Source of the DNA: Utricularia gibba
Taxonomy: Eukaryota > Plantae > Magnoliophyta
Reading direction: 5' to 3'
DNA length: 64,000 nt
Assembly (NCBI GenBank): GCA_002189035.1
Contig: NEEC01000027.1
Location: 496,001-560,000 of the forward strand
Shown: positions 1-12,665 of the stretch, piece after piece
Position numbering within the stretch: position 1 is the stretch's first letter
Layout: each line of letters begins with the position of its first letter
The notes under the pieces: model-generated
Databases searched by the model: none
Seen by the model: the letters and a program-made list of their open reading frames with translations, nothing else
What the model was told of the DNA's origin: nothing
Made by a program: the position numbers and the translations under genes

Positions 1-71
1 ATGATCACATTTTCCAAGAAGAAAGTCATAGTCACTATAAGGAGGTGTATACGTAATTTGTTTGAGCTTAC

Positions 72-1285
72 ACTCGATCTAATCTTCCATTTGCAGCACA
101 TGCATTAAGTAGACAGATGTAAGTTTGGCTAGTAGGTTTGACTTCAGATTTCTTCATTTCCTCCAGAAGCTTCAGTTCAGCGAAAGAAACAAATGGTCTC
201 AAAAAAAAAAGGGGGGGGGGGGGGGGTCATACAAAAAAAAAAAAAGGTTTAGTTATATCTATCTTGAAGGATTTAGAGTCTTTTTGATGTAACTCCATCT
301 TCAATAAAATTACTTCTAGAAGTGATTCTTGAATAAAACACATGTTGCTTCTATTCCATATAAAACTAAAACAATAAAGTGCTTCAATTTTTTAAGAAGC
401 TGAAGGATCCCTACTCCAATAAAAACTGAAATGTTTTTTATATATAAAAATTCACTTTTTTTAAAATTATTTTTTGAAGCTATACCAAAGAGATCCTTAA
501 ACTCAGAAGTAAAATATATTCAATACCCAAATGGCTTGCTCAGAATTCTTGCACTTCCCACATGTAGATATCAAGTAGTTGTACAACGCAACCTGATGAT
601 AATAAACAGAGACAGTGATGATTTCTTCACAGTAAAAACAAAGATAGTCCAGATTTCCTAATTGTAGTCTGAAAACTAAAAGGGCAATGCAAATAATGAT
701 TGACTTGAATATCACCCGGGAACTATAAAATGATCCCAAATTATCAAAAGGCAGGTGAGGCAACAACGTACATCAGGAACCGCACCCATGGATCTCATTT
801 CATCGCGAAAAAAGAACGCATCTTGCATTCGACTCCCCTCATCGTCCCCAGAATAAGTGCGTGAAATGTATCCCTATCTGGCTTCACTCCATCAAGCATC
901 ATATCATCATACACGTCTCTCAATAAATAATGCCTAAAGAAAATTTAGACTCGGCTCACTCAAAAACAATGAAAAACTTGAGATGTCTAAAAGCATCTTC
1001 TCATCAAATTAAAGGGCACGCGAACCTTCTTTGAGATGTAATTGAGCTGATAACAGTGTTGTATTCAGCCTCATTGTTGGCATAATTCCTCTTCAAATAT
1101 TCCTCTGAGTGAGCACTGAAATTCATGTGCTGCATTGCTCGGTAATGAGCTCGGCGACTCGCCAATTCTACAAACAAAAAAAAAGCACGAACCTAGAAAA
1201 AATGGCCCTCGCAATCACATAGTACATACACATTATTTTCATTGGCTCAGCAAGAAGTACCAGCGAATTTACGAATAAGCTTCAT
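72..1285 (-). CDS. Mitochondrial P-class PPR protein, At4g35850-like (5' part; continues past the window start)
   Basis: Spliced exons read MKLIRKFA / LASRRAHYRAMQHMNFSAHSEEYLKRNYANNEAEYNTVISSITSQRR / HYLLRDVYDDMMLDGVKPDRDTFHALILGTM..SRMQDAFFFRDEMRSMGAVPD / VALYNYLISTCGKCKNSEQAIW / LLEEMKKSEVKPTSQTYICLLNACAANGRLDRV, with GT-AG ends. This matches my recollection of At4g35850. A -1 frameshift falls in the C4 run at 835-838. Confidence 0.88.
201..245. repeat. A10-G16-TCATAC-A13 homopolymer cluster inside a PPR intron
   Basis: Read directly from the sequence. Confidence 0.9.
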
Positions 1286-1926
1286 AGTCGCGTCTTTCCT
1301 CAGAAAAAAACCTCAAGAGGACTCCTTGATCAGCCCCCTCGGGCGAGCTGGAGCAGGACGATGCACCGGCGCGTGAGGAAAGCACGTATACCGCCACAGG
1401 GTTTTTATACCTTGCAATTGGGCTCCTATATCCCAAATTCTCTTCCCCAGTCCCCGAGCTGGGCTCGGGTCCAACCCGGTCGACCCGAGCAGACTTGATA
1501 GTAATAATATTGAATAAACCAGAGTGGCAACAAATTGAAATAAATGTTTAAATTTGGAAAATAATTTTGGATTTCGAATTTGACTAAAAAACGAAATTTA
1601 ATTTGAAAAATATTTCATTTATAAAAAATATATATGAAGAATTTCATTGAAATTTCGTCGAAATTTAAAAATTTAATGTGAATCTATTCCTGCGAGCGAG
1701 ACACAGACGGCTTGAGTCCTCTGAATTTGTAGATGAAGGCGTTGCTCCTGCTCCGTACAATCCTCCAGTTCGTCTTTTCCTTTTGGACCTCCTCTTCCTC
1801 GTTGTCAGTTGGATTGTAAACTGGGGTTGCTTGGTTGCAGGTCCTACCCGCTCCTCCAATCCGATTGAGTCGCCTCAGCTTCTCCTCTTTTAGCGATTCC
1901 TGAATTTCCCCGACCCAGGATCTGTA

Positions 1927-2862
1927 ATGGAACCTGAAGCTTCACCCCCTCCCAGCGGAAGGACCCTCGCCGGCTATGCCGCCCACCAGTCTTCGTGTTC
2001 GGTCACCTTAGCGCTCCCCACCCAGAAGCAGAAGAGCGCCGGCTCCGGATTTGGTGGCGGCAGAGAGGATTGCTGGACAGAAGAAGCTACTGCTCTTCTT
2101 ATCGATGCCTGGGGCGAACGCTACATGGAATTGAGCCGGGGGAATCTGAAGCAGAAGCATTGGAAGGATGTGGCTGAAATTGTAAACACCCAGGAAGGCT
2201 TCAGTAAAACCCCTAAAACTGATGTCCAATGCAAGAACCGGATCGACACTGTCAAGAAGAAGTACAAGACAGAGAAAGCCAAGGTCGTCTCTGGTTGTGG
2301 ACCTAGCAAGTGGAGATTTTTCGATAGGCTTGATGAATTGCTTGTTCCCACAGGGAAGATTAGCTCGGGGTCCCTTCCCTCTGATCCTGATCGACTGACT
2401 CGATCTTCTTCTGCAACGAATGGAAAATTTCAGTACCAGCAGAAGCGTAGCCGCCGTAGGGCCCCTGTGCAGTCCTGCGATGACTCTGAATCGGAAAATT
2501 CTGTTGATTCATCTGATGGGTTTTCTCCTCGGATTTGCAAGAGGCCAAGGTCGACAACTGCTAACTATGCTCCTTCATTGAGGCCTTGTGCAATGAATAA
2601 TAAAGCAGTTGATTCTGCTAGAGGAAATGCAATGGAGCCAAATTCATGGGCCAGCTGCATTCAGGGATTGACACAGACTATCTTGAGATTTGGTGAGGCT
2701 TATGAACAAGTGGAGACTGAGAAATTGCAGCAACTGATGGACATGGAGAAGCAGAGGATGAAACTTACCAAAGAGCTCGAGTTACAGAGGATGCGATGCT
2801 TGATGGAAACTCAGATGGAGCTCTCACAGCTGAAGAACAGGAGGCCCGCGAACAAAGATTAA
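1927..2862 (+). CDS. Trihelix transcription factor, ASIL/SIP1 clade (Myb/SANT-like), single exon
   Basis: 311-aa ORF with REDCWTEEATALLIDAWGERYMELSRGNLKQKHWKDVA..KTDVQCKNRIDTVKKKYK and a C-terminal coiled coil (ILRFGEAYEQVE..MEKQRM). Confidence 0.95.
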   Translation: MEPEASPPPSGRTLAGYAAHQSSCSVTLALPTQKQKSAGSGFGGGREDCWTEEATALLIDAWGERYMELSRGNLKQKHWKDVAEIVNTQEGFSKTPKTDVQCKNRIDTVKKKYKTEKAKVVSGCGPSKWRFFDRLDELLVPTGKISSGSLPSDPDRLTRSSSATNGKFQYQQKRSRRRAPVQSCDDSESENSVDSSDGFSPRICKRPRSTTANYAPSLRPCAMNNKAVDSARGNAMEPNSWASCIQGLTQTILRFGEAYEQVETEKLQQLMDMEKQRMKLTKELELQRMRCLMETQMELSQLKNRRPANKD

Positions 2863-3347
2863 GACAAGGGGATCATAGCACTACCCTTCTTATGGGCTGA
2901 ATCATCCTCAATGATACCTTCTCAGTACCGTATACATACACTGTCCTTCAATGCTTACACGATCAACACAACTCCTTCCTCATGTGCTGGAATGCTTTAT
3001 TCTCGATTCTTGCAATGATACTCTTAGTGCTGTATAATGTGAAGGGTCTTTGGGTTGTTAAAATGAAGATGAGCATTTCCACAACACCATGAAAAGTTAG
3101 GATGAATGCATTAGCAGGAAGGGATGCAGCAGACTGGAGTTAAACGCTTCTCTGGATGGACATGGACCTTATTTTTTTTTTTTTTGACTGAACTCGTTTT
3201 TCAATGTACATCGCAGCAACCCATACCCCGTGGTTCAGAAGAGAAGCCATGGGCCAAAACATTTTTGTTGATAAGCAGCAGCCATCTTCATCCCAAAATT
3301 TCAGCCTTTTGAATACCCATTCCATGGTTTTGTGCTTTCTTGGGTGA

Positions 3348-5377
3348 TCAGTAGCACTGGCGAAAGCAGTGGAACAATCCTCTGGGCTTGTTTTCAGAAG
3401 GGGTTTTGGGCGTGTCACCACTGTCATCTCGCTTGGCCATCAATGAGCTTGTGCCTGGAGATTCTGGTGGAAAGACACCGTTCTCAGAGGTGAAGATCCG
3501 GGGCGGTACCACAGGCTCCATGGGCGAAATTGCAGACAGATAATGCAGTAGCATCTGTATTATCTGAGTGAAGTTGGGGCGGGCCTGAGGGTCCTCCTTC
3601 CAACATGAAGTCACGATTAGAGCCAAATCTGCTGGAAGATCATCAGCATTCGGCCTTGCATTCTACAACAACACCATGGACATGAAAGGGATTCTTCGCC
3701 AAAAATGTATCAACATGGAAGCGAATTTGAAGGTGCTTACTTTGAAAGCTGCAGCATAGGCTGCCTGCAAGTTCGACATGCCTTCGAAGGGTAACTTGTT
3801 ATGAACGAGCTCCCATAGCACAATTGCGAAACTGTAAGCATCAACCTTGTGATTGTAATGCTTCTTTTCTCCTTGTCTAAGAGTCACTGTGCTGTAAAGC
3901 TGGAACCAAGCAGATGAAGGAAATGGCAACAAACTACACGAAGAAGGAAAACTAAGATGAACTACCTCCGGCGCCATCCAGCGATACGTTCCAGTCTCTG
4001 CCGTCATCATCTCTGTCAATGTTTCTTCTCTAGCCAAACCAAAATCCGCTAGCTTCACAGTTCTATGGTCTGCTGTCAAGAGGAGGTTTTCTGAAGGAAA
4101 ACAAAGAATCAGGGATCATTATGCATATGATGGCAATGAACCAAGTTAGCATAATTGATTCACATGCTAACAATCGATCCTAGAACTGTAAGATCACACC
4201 ATGGATGAGACACAAGCAAGGAAATAATAGAACTTTTCCCTTGTAGACAATGAAAGTGCAATCTTTGGGGTGTATGGGATTGAAAGAGGAAGGAGTTAGA
4301 AGAGTCATTACCAGGTTTCAGATCTCGATGTATTATTCCGTGTGAGTGCAAACACTCCATGGCACGAGCAATGTCGAGAGCAAATCCTATAGCAACATGC
4401 ATCTCCAGGCACCTTGGACGAAGATTCAGCAAGTACTTCCGCAATGTCCCTCCCAGCAGGAGCTCTGTCACTATGACCATGACAGGTTCCTGGCAAGCTC
4501 CAATGAACTGTAGAAAGAGCACAGGACCTTCTGTGGTATCAAACCTCAAACACTAGCAACTAACCCAACAGCCAAGCCAAGAAAGAAAACCACTTGCTGT
4601 GAAAGTATGAGAGCCTAAACATGCCAAAAAGAGGGATCTTTGAGATAAAAAACTAATGAAGTGGAAAACAGATGACCCCAGAAGATCAGCAACACTACTT
4701 CATAATCCTTAATCACTCAGCTTCAAAGATCAGGAATGTAACTTCAGCAGGATCTCAGGGAAACGTATAAAGGAAGCGTTCAATATGAAATGGAAACCTT
4801 GACTAAGTTCTTGTGCTGTACTCGGGATAGCATGGCTACTTCTCTTCCAAATCTTGCCTCCCTCTTGGCTATCTCTTCAGGTGTCTCCCCTCTTTGGACA
4901 ATTTTGATAGCAACATTTTGATTTTTGTATCTGAAATATGGTTCCAAGATGATACTCAAATACTGACACCAAATAATACGTTGCACCAAGAACTCTGTTA
5001 TACTGTGGAGGCGTGTAATCATAGCACCGGAAAATTCAAACACAGTGTTGAGGGTGAAAATGAGCAACAAAAGATTAATGTGATTGTCATTTCTGCTGCT
5101 CATTTGAAATCATAACAACCCAGAAAGCTTTTCTTTTTTGAGAAAAGGAACAAACAAAAAGCATTGCTAAGTTTACGTGCTCAACTCGAAATCATTCCCC
5201 TTCACAGATCACAGTTCGTAAGGAAGATCGGAAAAAAAATACTTACTTTCCTTCATACACTTTAGCGTGAGCTCCTTCTCCAATCTTTGGGCCAACAAAA
5301 AGAAGATTCGGATCAACCAGCCATTTAGGGTCTAAAATTAACTCTGTTCCTGAGTAAAAACCATTAGCAGATCCCAT
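3348..5377 (-). CDS. Raf-like Ser/Thr/Tyr kinase, ATN1/At5g50180-like
   Basis: Exons give [60 protein letters not shown] and C-terminal [13 protein letters not shown]. Confidence 0.95.
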
Positions 5378-6771
5378 TTTTCACACTCGTTCTCTCTCTT
5401 GTCTTCCAGGTAAAACCGTCTACAGATGCATCAACGTCTATTTAGAAAGCACAAAAAAGTTGACTGGTTTCCCACAAATTTTCAGTAAATCCCGTAACCT
5501 AAAAGCCATTGTTGAGCATACTCCCAACCTGAACACAAAAGAAAGCCAAAATCTTCACTTGCCACCCCAAAGCCAAAGAGATCAATCAATAGTTCTTGAA
5601 TAAGTATCTTTACGCTGACAAAAGTACAGACTCCCAACCAGCTAAAGTTTTCAGATGAACGAAAGCAAGAAAAAGGGGCTTCACTGCCTAAGAAGCAGGT
5701 AACAAGAAAAAAAAAACCCGAGATTTCAAAGGAGTCCGCCGCAGACGGCTACTCCTACACCCCCCTTCAGGCCCATCTGCTTTGGTCTGCGGTTGATCCG
5801 TGCAGGGATAAACAGAAGGAATTCAGCAAGAAATTGTGGGGTCGCTTCCCTTCCCGAAATTATGTGAACAAAGCCAAGGAATCGGGTGGGGACTGGGGAG
5901 ACAATTGGAGGGTGAAATGGGAAATGCCCCGGAGATGCTACTGCATTTGGTGCATATGAATGACCATGTATTTGTCATGAAAATCTTAATCACAATTCAT
6001 TCACCCCTCTACCTACCCCAGCTGTCCGATCATCCCTGAACTCCTAATTTTAGTGCAAATCTTAATGACCCAAGTACACCAAACGTCCTCCAGATGTTGC
6101 AACTCCAATCCAAGAGCGCATCTTTCTGCCTTCAACTCCATAAAAAACCTTTCTTGAAACTGTACTGATCATGGGGTTGTCTGTTCCGCAACTACTTGGC
6201 TGTTGAGAGGGCAGGGCAGTATTGATCAAAACAATTAGCCCTTGAAAAACCAGAAGCAACTGTTGCTGATTCCTCACATGTCTGTGGGAGGGTCAGGGGG
6301 AGACCAAAATAGACTTTCTTACCGGAAAGGGAAGACCAGAATACAGATGATGATGTAGAAAAATCAGTGGGTTATGTTTGTTATGTACGACCTTTCTTTG
6401 TAATAAATCGAATATTTTTGTAAGAAGATGCTTTGAAACTTATCCATTGGGTCTTCACAGCTCAAAAAAAAAAAAAAAAAAAACTCGCGCAGACGGAAAC
6501 GTAACCCTCGTGAAGCGTGACGCCTGATAAGATTGACATTTCGAAGGTTGTTGAGTTGGGTCCGAGAATCCGATGGTGATTAGCGTTACGCGATTTCAGT
6601 TGGGAATCGGAGAAAGTGGTACTTGATGGAACCTCCTCCAACATTCTGTGCGTTGACGAGAAGTTTTGCATCATTTGCCGTGAAGTGGAACAATTTGTAC
6701 CTCCGCCTCTCCGTCTACTGATTTCAATTTTCCTCGAGTCTTCGAAGTTGCAGTCGAATTGGTTGTTTGAG

Positions 6772-9700
6772 ATGAAATCGCCGCTCCAGAAACTCAAGAA
6801 ATTGGGGCTGCACAAGAGCGAGCCTGAGGAGAACTTGCCTCAGTTTGTTTCTTCCCACATGGATGAATTAAATCAAGCCGCCAAGGTGTGTTCATTTCTT
6901 TTTCCGCAGCTTCTTGGCTTGTTCGTAAATCTGTGATGCAATCGTGCTCCTAGGTTAAATTCAGTTGCCACAATTGTACGCCCGCTAGCTTCAAATTCAA
7001 TGTCGATGCATATTCCATCTATCTTTATGCTGCTTTCCAGAGGGGAAAGTCGCAGTGGGACTTTTTTTGTGTCGTGTTTCTGTGTGGTGCTGTTAAATCC
7101 AATCCTCGACTTATGTGTTGGTGTACGTGGAGTAGAATGAAATGAAAGAATCTCATGGAGCTTGCCTGCCTGATCTGAAACGTTATCTTCAGACGTTGAA
7201 ATGCTTGATTTCAGAAGTGTTCTTGGTTTATCTTTTATTGATATGAATCAGTCTTGGTAGAGCTGGTCATTGTGCCCTGAAAGTGCATACGTGTTGCTCT
7301 CTCCATTATTTAGCCATCTTTAATCAAGGTAGCTACTTGACTCTGGAAATTTTTGCTTTCAGGATGTAGAAGACATGAAAGCATCCTACGATGCGCTGTT
7401 TTCTTCAGCTGCTGCAACAATAAACAGTGCTTACGGTACTGATTTGTTTTTTTTAGTTTCTAAAAAAAAACTACCTTACTGAAGTGGTAGGACGCCGCCT
7501 AGTTGGCTAGATACAAGAATCTAGTTAAAGATTTGCATGTTGCATGTAACTAGTCAAATATTTTTCGTTTTGGATTACTTTCTGAAAGTCCAAACATTTG
7601 TTTTGCCCTCAGTATAGTTATATCATATAAATGCTATGCCTCTCTATTCAGAGTTTTCGGAATCATTGCAAGAGATGGGAAATTCTCTACTGGATGAAAG
7701 TGCGTTGCATGATGATGAGGAGACTGGTTAGAAAACTATTTAATGCAGTCTATCTATGCATTGTTGGGTTTTCGAAATCTGAATGAGTTTAAATTTTCTT
7801 TATTTTCGCTATGTTATGCGAAATCTTTATTTGGTGGTTTTTTGTAATCAACCAAGTTTCGAGTCTATGTCTACTAACTTGGGAATAACCTGAATTCTAC
7901 TTAAACGTTCAGAAATTCTAGGCTTGTTAACAACATGTATGACCTTGCAGGAAAAGCATTATCACAGCTGGGAAGAGTGCAGCATGATCTTCAAAAACTT
8001 TTTGATGGCTACGTTAGTATTCACTATCATTCCAAATTAAGTAATGCATGATGTTGGACCATCACATAATTTCATGCTTCGCAGAGGTCCCAAATTATCT
8101 CAACAGTATCAAATCCATCAGAGTCTTTCTTAACGGAGCTACGTAAAGTGGAGGTTGAAACACCACTAAAATACATATAAACTTCTGCATTTTCATGGAT
8201 TATGACGTGATTTTTTCTGTCTTAGGAAATGAAATTGCAATGTGATGAGAAGAGGTATAGCTTCTCTTTGATAACTATTTTTTGGTATTCCCAGAAGTTG
8301 CATTTGTGAAATAATGTTCAATCGAAACCCAGGGAATTGTTTGAACACATTGTGGGACAACTCAAAGAAAAAGGTAAAACCCGGCATGGTAAACTCACGG
8401 CACATACCTCGAATCAATTGAAGGCAGTTCATGAAGAATATGATGAGACAGCAAGGTTGTGCATTTTTCGTATACAGTCATTGAAGAAAGGGCAGTGTCG
8501 AAGCCTACTGACACTGGCAGCTCACCATCATGCTGCACAGGTTCACTGAATGTTCACAATTCATGCCCGTCTGCCTGATTTTAGATTGCAATTAACTCCT
8601 TCTTCTGAAAGCAGCTAAACTTATTCCGAAAAGGCCTCCACTCCCTTGAAGCATTAGACACACATATTAGAAGTGTTGCAGAAAGGCAGCGAATTGATTA
8701 TCAGCTGTCTACAGAGGAATGTGATGACGGAAGATACAGTGTAGAGGTTCATGGGGATGGGGACCTGAGTTTTAAATATAACCTAAACGAGGCAGAAGAA
8801 GAGGTGAGTGCCACATCAACCTTGAGAATCACCATTATTCTTATTAGAAGTTACAGAGGGAATTTTTTGGAGCCTTTATTAAGCTATTTTATATTTGGAT
8901 TACTAGATGGTTGTTTTCCATCCACAGGTATCTTGTTATCTGAAGTCCTAAGTATTTCTGTTTCTGTTTCATGCTCACAGATGTCTAGGACGAGAAATGA
9001 AGTACAAACAAGTGTAGGAAAATCCCAGGGAGAAGCAATGCTCAGTCAGGGGTACAAAGCTGTTAGTCATTCCGCTCCTCTATATTCAGAGATGCGACCA
9101 TCCGCACAAAAATCAAATACGCATGTGCTGCCCACTCCTGATGATGCCAAGGGATCATCAGTCAGTCCTGTTTCTGTGTCAACTACCATGTTGCCTCGAG
9201 GAGGAAGCTCCAAAAATCTATGGCATTCATCACCGCTGGATGTTGATGCGCAAAAGAAAGCTGCCAATGAGCCATTGCCTTCTTTCAACATTCCAAAACC
9301 ACATTTATCAGCTGAGGAGAACAGCAGCAACAAACATATGCTCCCCTTGCCCCCTCGACTGACAGAAGCAGACTCACAAGTGGTGTCTGATGGCCATAAA
9401 TTTAAAAGGCAAGCTTTCTCTGGCCCCTTGGCAAGCAAGCCCTTGGCCAACAAGCCACATGTACCAGGGAGTGGCCCTATTAGCTCTAATGAGATCTATG
9501 GCTCTGTTAGTCGTGCATCTGGTCCTCAGCCGCTGTTATCTGCAAGTATGCTTCACAGTGCTCCCCCTATTGCACCTTCACCTAAAGTGAGCGAGCTTCA
9601 TGAGCTTCCAAGGCCCCCTTCAGATACTACTACTGCATTCAACGCCAAGCCAGTGCGCGGGCACAGGCATTCTGCTCCCTTGGTCAATAGGGAGCGAGAA

Positions 9701-10024
9701 ATATCGCCCCCAAGTAGAAGTATGTTATCATCAAACGAAGGGTCTCCGCTCCCACTCCCTCATCTCACCGTTTCACGGAGCTTCTCCATCCCGTCTTCCA
9801 GTAATAGAATTATGTTTCATTCTGGCAAGCTATTTTCTTCACAAGCAACTCAACTGAGACACGGGGGTTCTTCACCCCTCTCTCCCCTGCAGAGCGGTAC
9901 AAGGTATTTATCAGCCTTTGGTCTTTTTTTTTTTTTTTTTTGTAGCAAGTGCTTGTTGTGTGGTGGAGTTGGTTGGGTTGGCATGACCGGGACGACGATG
10001 CAGGTGACAGCTGCTATAGAATAA
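6772..10024 (+). CDS. BAR-domain / proline-rich protein (At2g33490-like 'hydroxyproline-rich glycoprotein' family); 3' end uncertain (9986 if spliced, 10024 if not)
   Basis: MKSPLQKLKKLG.., DVEDMKASYDALFSSAAATINSAYEFSESLQEMG.., then a long Pro/Ser-rich exon with KRQAFSGPL, PKVSELHELPRPP, HSAPL and RSFSIPSS motifs. Confidence 0.85.
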
Positions 10025-10373
10025 CTTCGGTTTTGGGAGGTGAACATGCTGGGAAGATTTGAGCCTGGAAGACGACACCAACAATTGTAAGTACAACCCC
10101 TTAGTCCACCGGTGCGGATGCTTATCATGTGTATTCCTGGTGGGGTGCTGATGGCATCGCGGGAGTCCTACGTAGATTACTCATCAATGTGTGTCTGTTT
10201 TCATGCGCGTAATATGATGAATGAATGAATGCTCCAAGTGTGTGTATGTAGCTCCTTTTGGGGGGTCAATGTGTCTCCCTTAAAATGTTCAGTTTTGCTA
10301 CGCCGCCATGTGATGTGATCCATACGTAAGAGATCGGGTAACACGCTACACATATATACATAAATATATGTAA

Positions 10374-10440
10374 TGCGTATATATATATATATATATGTGT
10401 GTGTATGTGTACGTATACGCATATACGTGTGTACGTATAT
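10374..10440. repeat. 67-nt strictly alternating purine/pyrimidine compound microsatellite ((AT)n/(GT)n/ACGT)
   Basis: Read directly from the sequence. Confidence 0.9.
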
Positions 10441-10709
10441 TTGCGTGGTTTGGAAGAAGAGAACTAAAGAGTAAAGACACTTCCATTCCCAAACTACGCA
10501 GACAGATATTATCACGCATTTGATTCATGGAACCAAAAATATTTCAAATAATCAGATTAGATTCATGAGGTAACAATTTATAACTTCATAATACCCTAAG
10601 TACTACAATCAAACGTGGCATAAATACTGTCCCTAGTTCTAACAACTAAACACAATATTAAAAAATTAATCTTTTCACACCATCTTTATCTAAATCCAAA
10701 TGAATTAAA

Positions 10710-12665
10710 TCATGTTAGGGGTTCGCTGGAAGTTGCAGATAAGGAGGGGGCTATGCAGAATTTACCAAGAGAATCGTGTACAGGGGCAACTGCAGTAGGA
10801 GCGACACCGCCGGTAGTTGGCCTACAAAACAAAGCACGGGGTTGCTGTTACACACCAAAAATGCAGCAAACACATCTTATGTATGACACAACGTAACATG
10901 CACACGACTTACAGCCCGATGGAAACTTTGAAGGCATCGTAAATGCCCCACTGAGCACCAGTGAGGGCTCCGATCATGACAATACGAAGGGGAAGGCCGC
11001 GTGTGAGTAAACCCCACAGCCCCAGTCTTCTAACCGCCTGTGTGGAAGGAAAACGAAGGCTTGTTGCTCTAAAACACATTCTTGAAGAAAGGAAGAAGCA
11101 AAAGAGGTGAAAACTGACATCGCCGACAGTAGCATCCTTGGCATTGTTAAGGAAAGATACGAGGTTATCAGCTGGATGGGATACAACCGCGCAAAGAACA
11201 CCAGCAATGTAGCCACCAGCAAAACTGATGGCAAGCTGTGTTGTCTTGCTGCATTCAGATTTGGGTTTGGGGACTGCATGCTTGTAGATTAGCTCCACGA
11301 TTGTCTCAAAGGAGGCAAACTTCATCATTGTATCTGCCACCATATGAGTTAACCTAAGGGAGACAAGTTTTGATACTAGAACGCTCTAAAGGCAAGAGCT
11401 AAACTAAAGGAGAAGTAGCAGAATATCACATAAAATTAGGATGAGATGCTGATAAATGAAAATTATCAACTTACATGGAATCTGACGCCCCCAAAGAGGA
11501 ATTAAGCCCTTGTACAGCCTAAACAAAGAAAGCGTAAGCAACTTCTTTCGTTGAGATAACATAGTGAGGTTGATGCAAAAGGAGACATACCCAAGAGCAC
11601 CTTCAGACTTCACAAAATTGGGGAGTCCATCAGACAATCCTCTAGCGAAACCAGGCTGGGTTTGAACACGAACCTTTACGGCTTCTAAGGGGCACAGCGC
11701 AACATCCGCAATTGCCTCAGCAGACGCCGCACCAGCAAGATAAATCAGAGTCTTGTATTTAGCAAAATTTTCTGACCCAGCCAGGTCTGCAAAATGTTTC
11801 TTTAAGAACTCATAAAATCCAAACTTGCAGGCACCCTGAGCACTATAGCCAAGTACGGTAGGTACCCATCCCTTGAAGAAGCCTTTGAATCCCTGTTCCT
11901 TGAGTAACACTTGGAAACCTGATGAAATACTCCTGAACTTCGCAGGATCAATCTGCAGGGACAAAAAACATCCGTAAAAATTTGATATATTACCCCTTAA
12001 AACGGTAAACAAACAGGTCACTAAATATGCATACGGAGAACTAACAGCAGCTTATATCTTGACGTTCAGATAAACGCTTTTCCCGAATAACGGAACAACA
12101 TCCCGATATACTGAAAAAAGGCCACACACAACACAATTCCGATGGAAAGGTGTAAACAAATTGTGGTACTGCACATAAATCCTTTACAAGAGAAAATACA
12201 ATAAGCTAGCTAGATTGATATCTATTTCTAGATTCCGAAACATGATAAATTCAACGTCTCATTTCATATGTACACCATGAAATCAAGCAAGGTACATAAA
12301 CAAGTGAACAAATCAAAGCATCTACGGAAAGCCTAATTCGTCAAGCAAGATTACAACCGAACCTGCATATTACATTTCACGAGATCAAGAGGTGTGAGCG
12401 CCATGTGAGTCAGGCCGCAACTCAATATTCCGCCGATAGTACACGCAGCGTAGTACTCAGGAGAACAGATCTCAATCCTCCTTGGCACCGCCGGAGCAGG
12501 AATCGCGAAGTCGTGGTCGGAATAAGCAACAGCAGAGGACGATAACTCCTCCCCTAGGCTACACGTCGAGTTTCCTTTCATCGCGCCCAGACTTAGATAC
12601 CTGGAACTGAACGAGGAGTAAAGATAACACGGAATAAGAGAATGACGTTCCGAAAGTAGATCCAT
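10710..12665 (-). CDS. Mitochondrial phosphate carrier (PHT3/MPT)
   Basis: SPEYYAACTIGGILSCGLTHMALTPLDLVKCNMQ, GYSAQGACKFGFYE, ALCPLEAVKVRVQTQPGFA, SHPADNLVSFLN, GAQWGIYDAFKV; last exon LPTTGGVAP.. ends at TGA 10710. Confidence 0.95.

Noticed and set aside
1734-1760. Minus-strand peptide LYGAGATPS is identical to 9 residues of the GBF exon at ~62772
   Set aside because: Low-complexity G/A peptide, antisense to the trihelix 5' region, with no similarity in the flanks. Plausibly chance.
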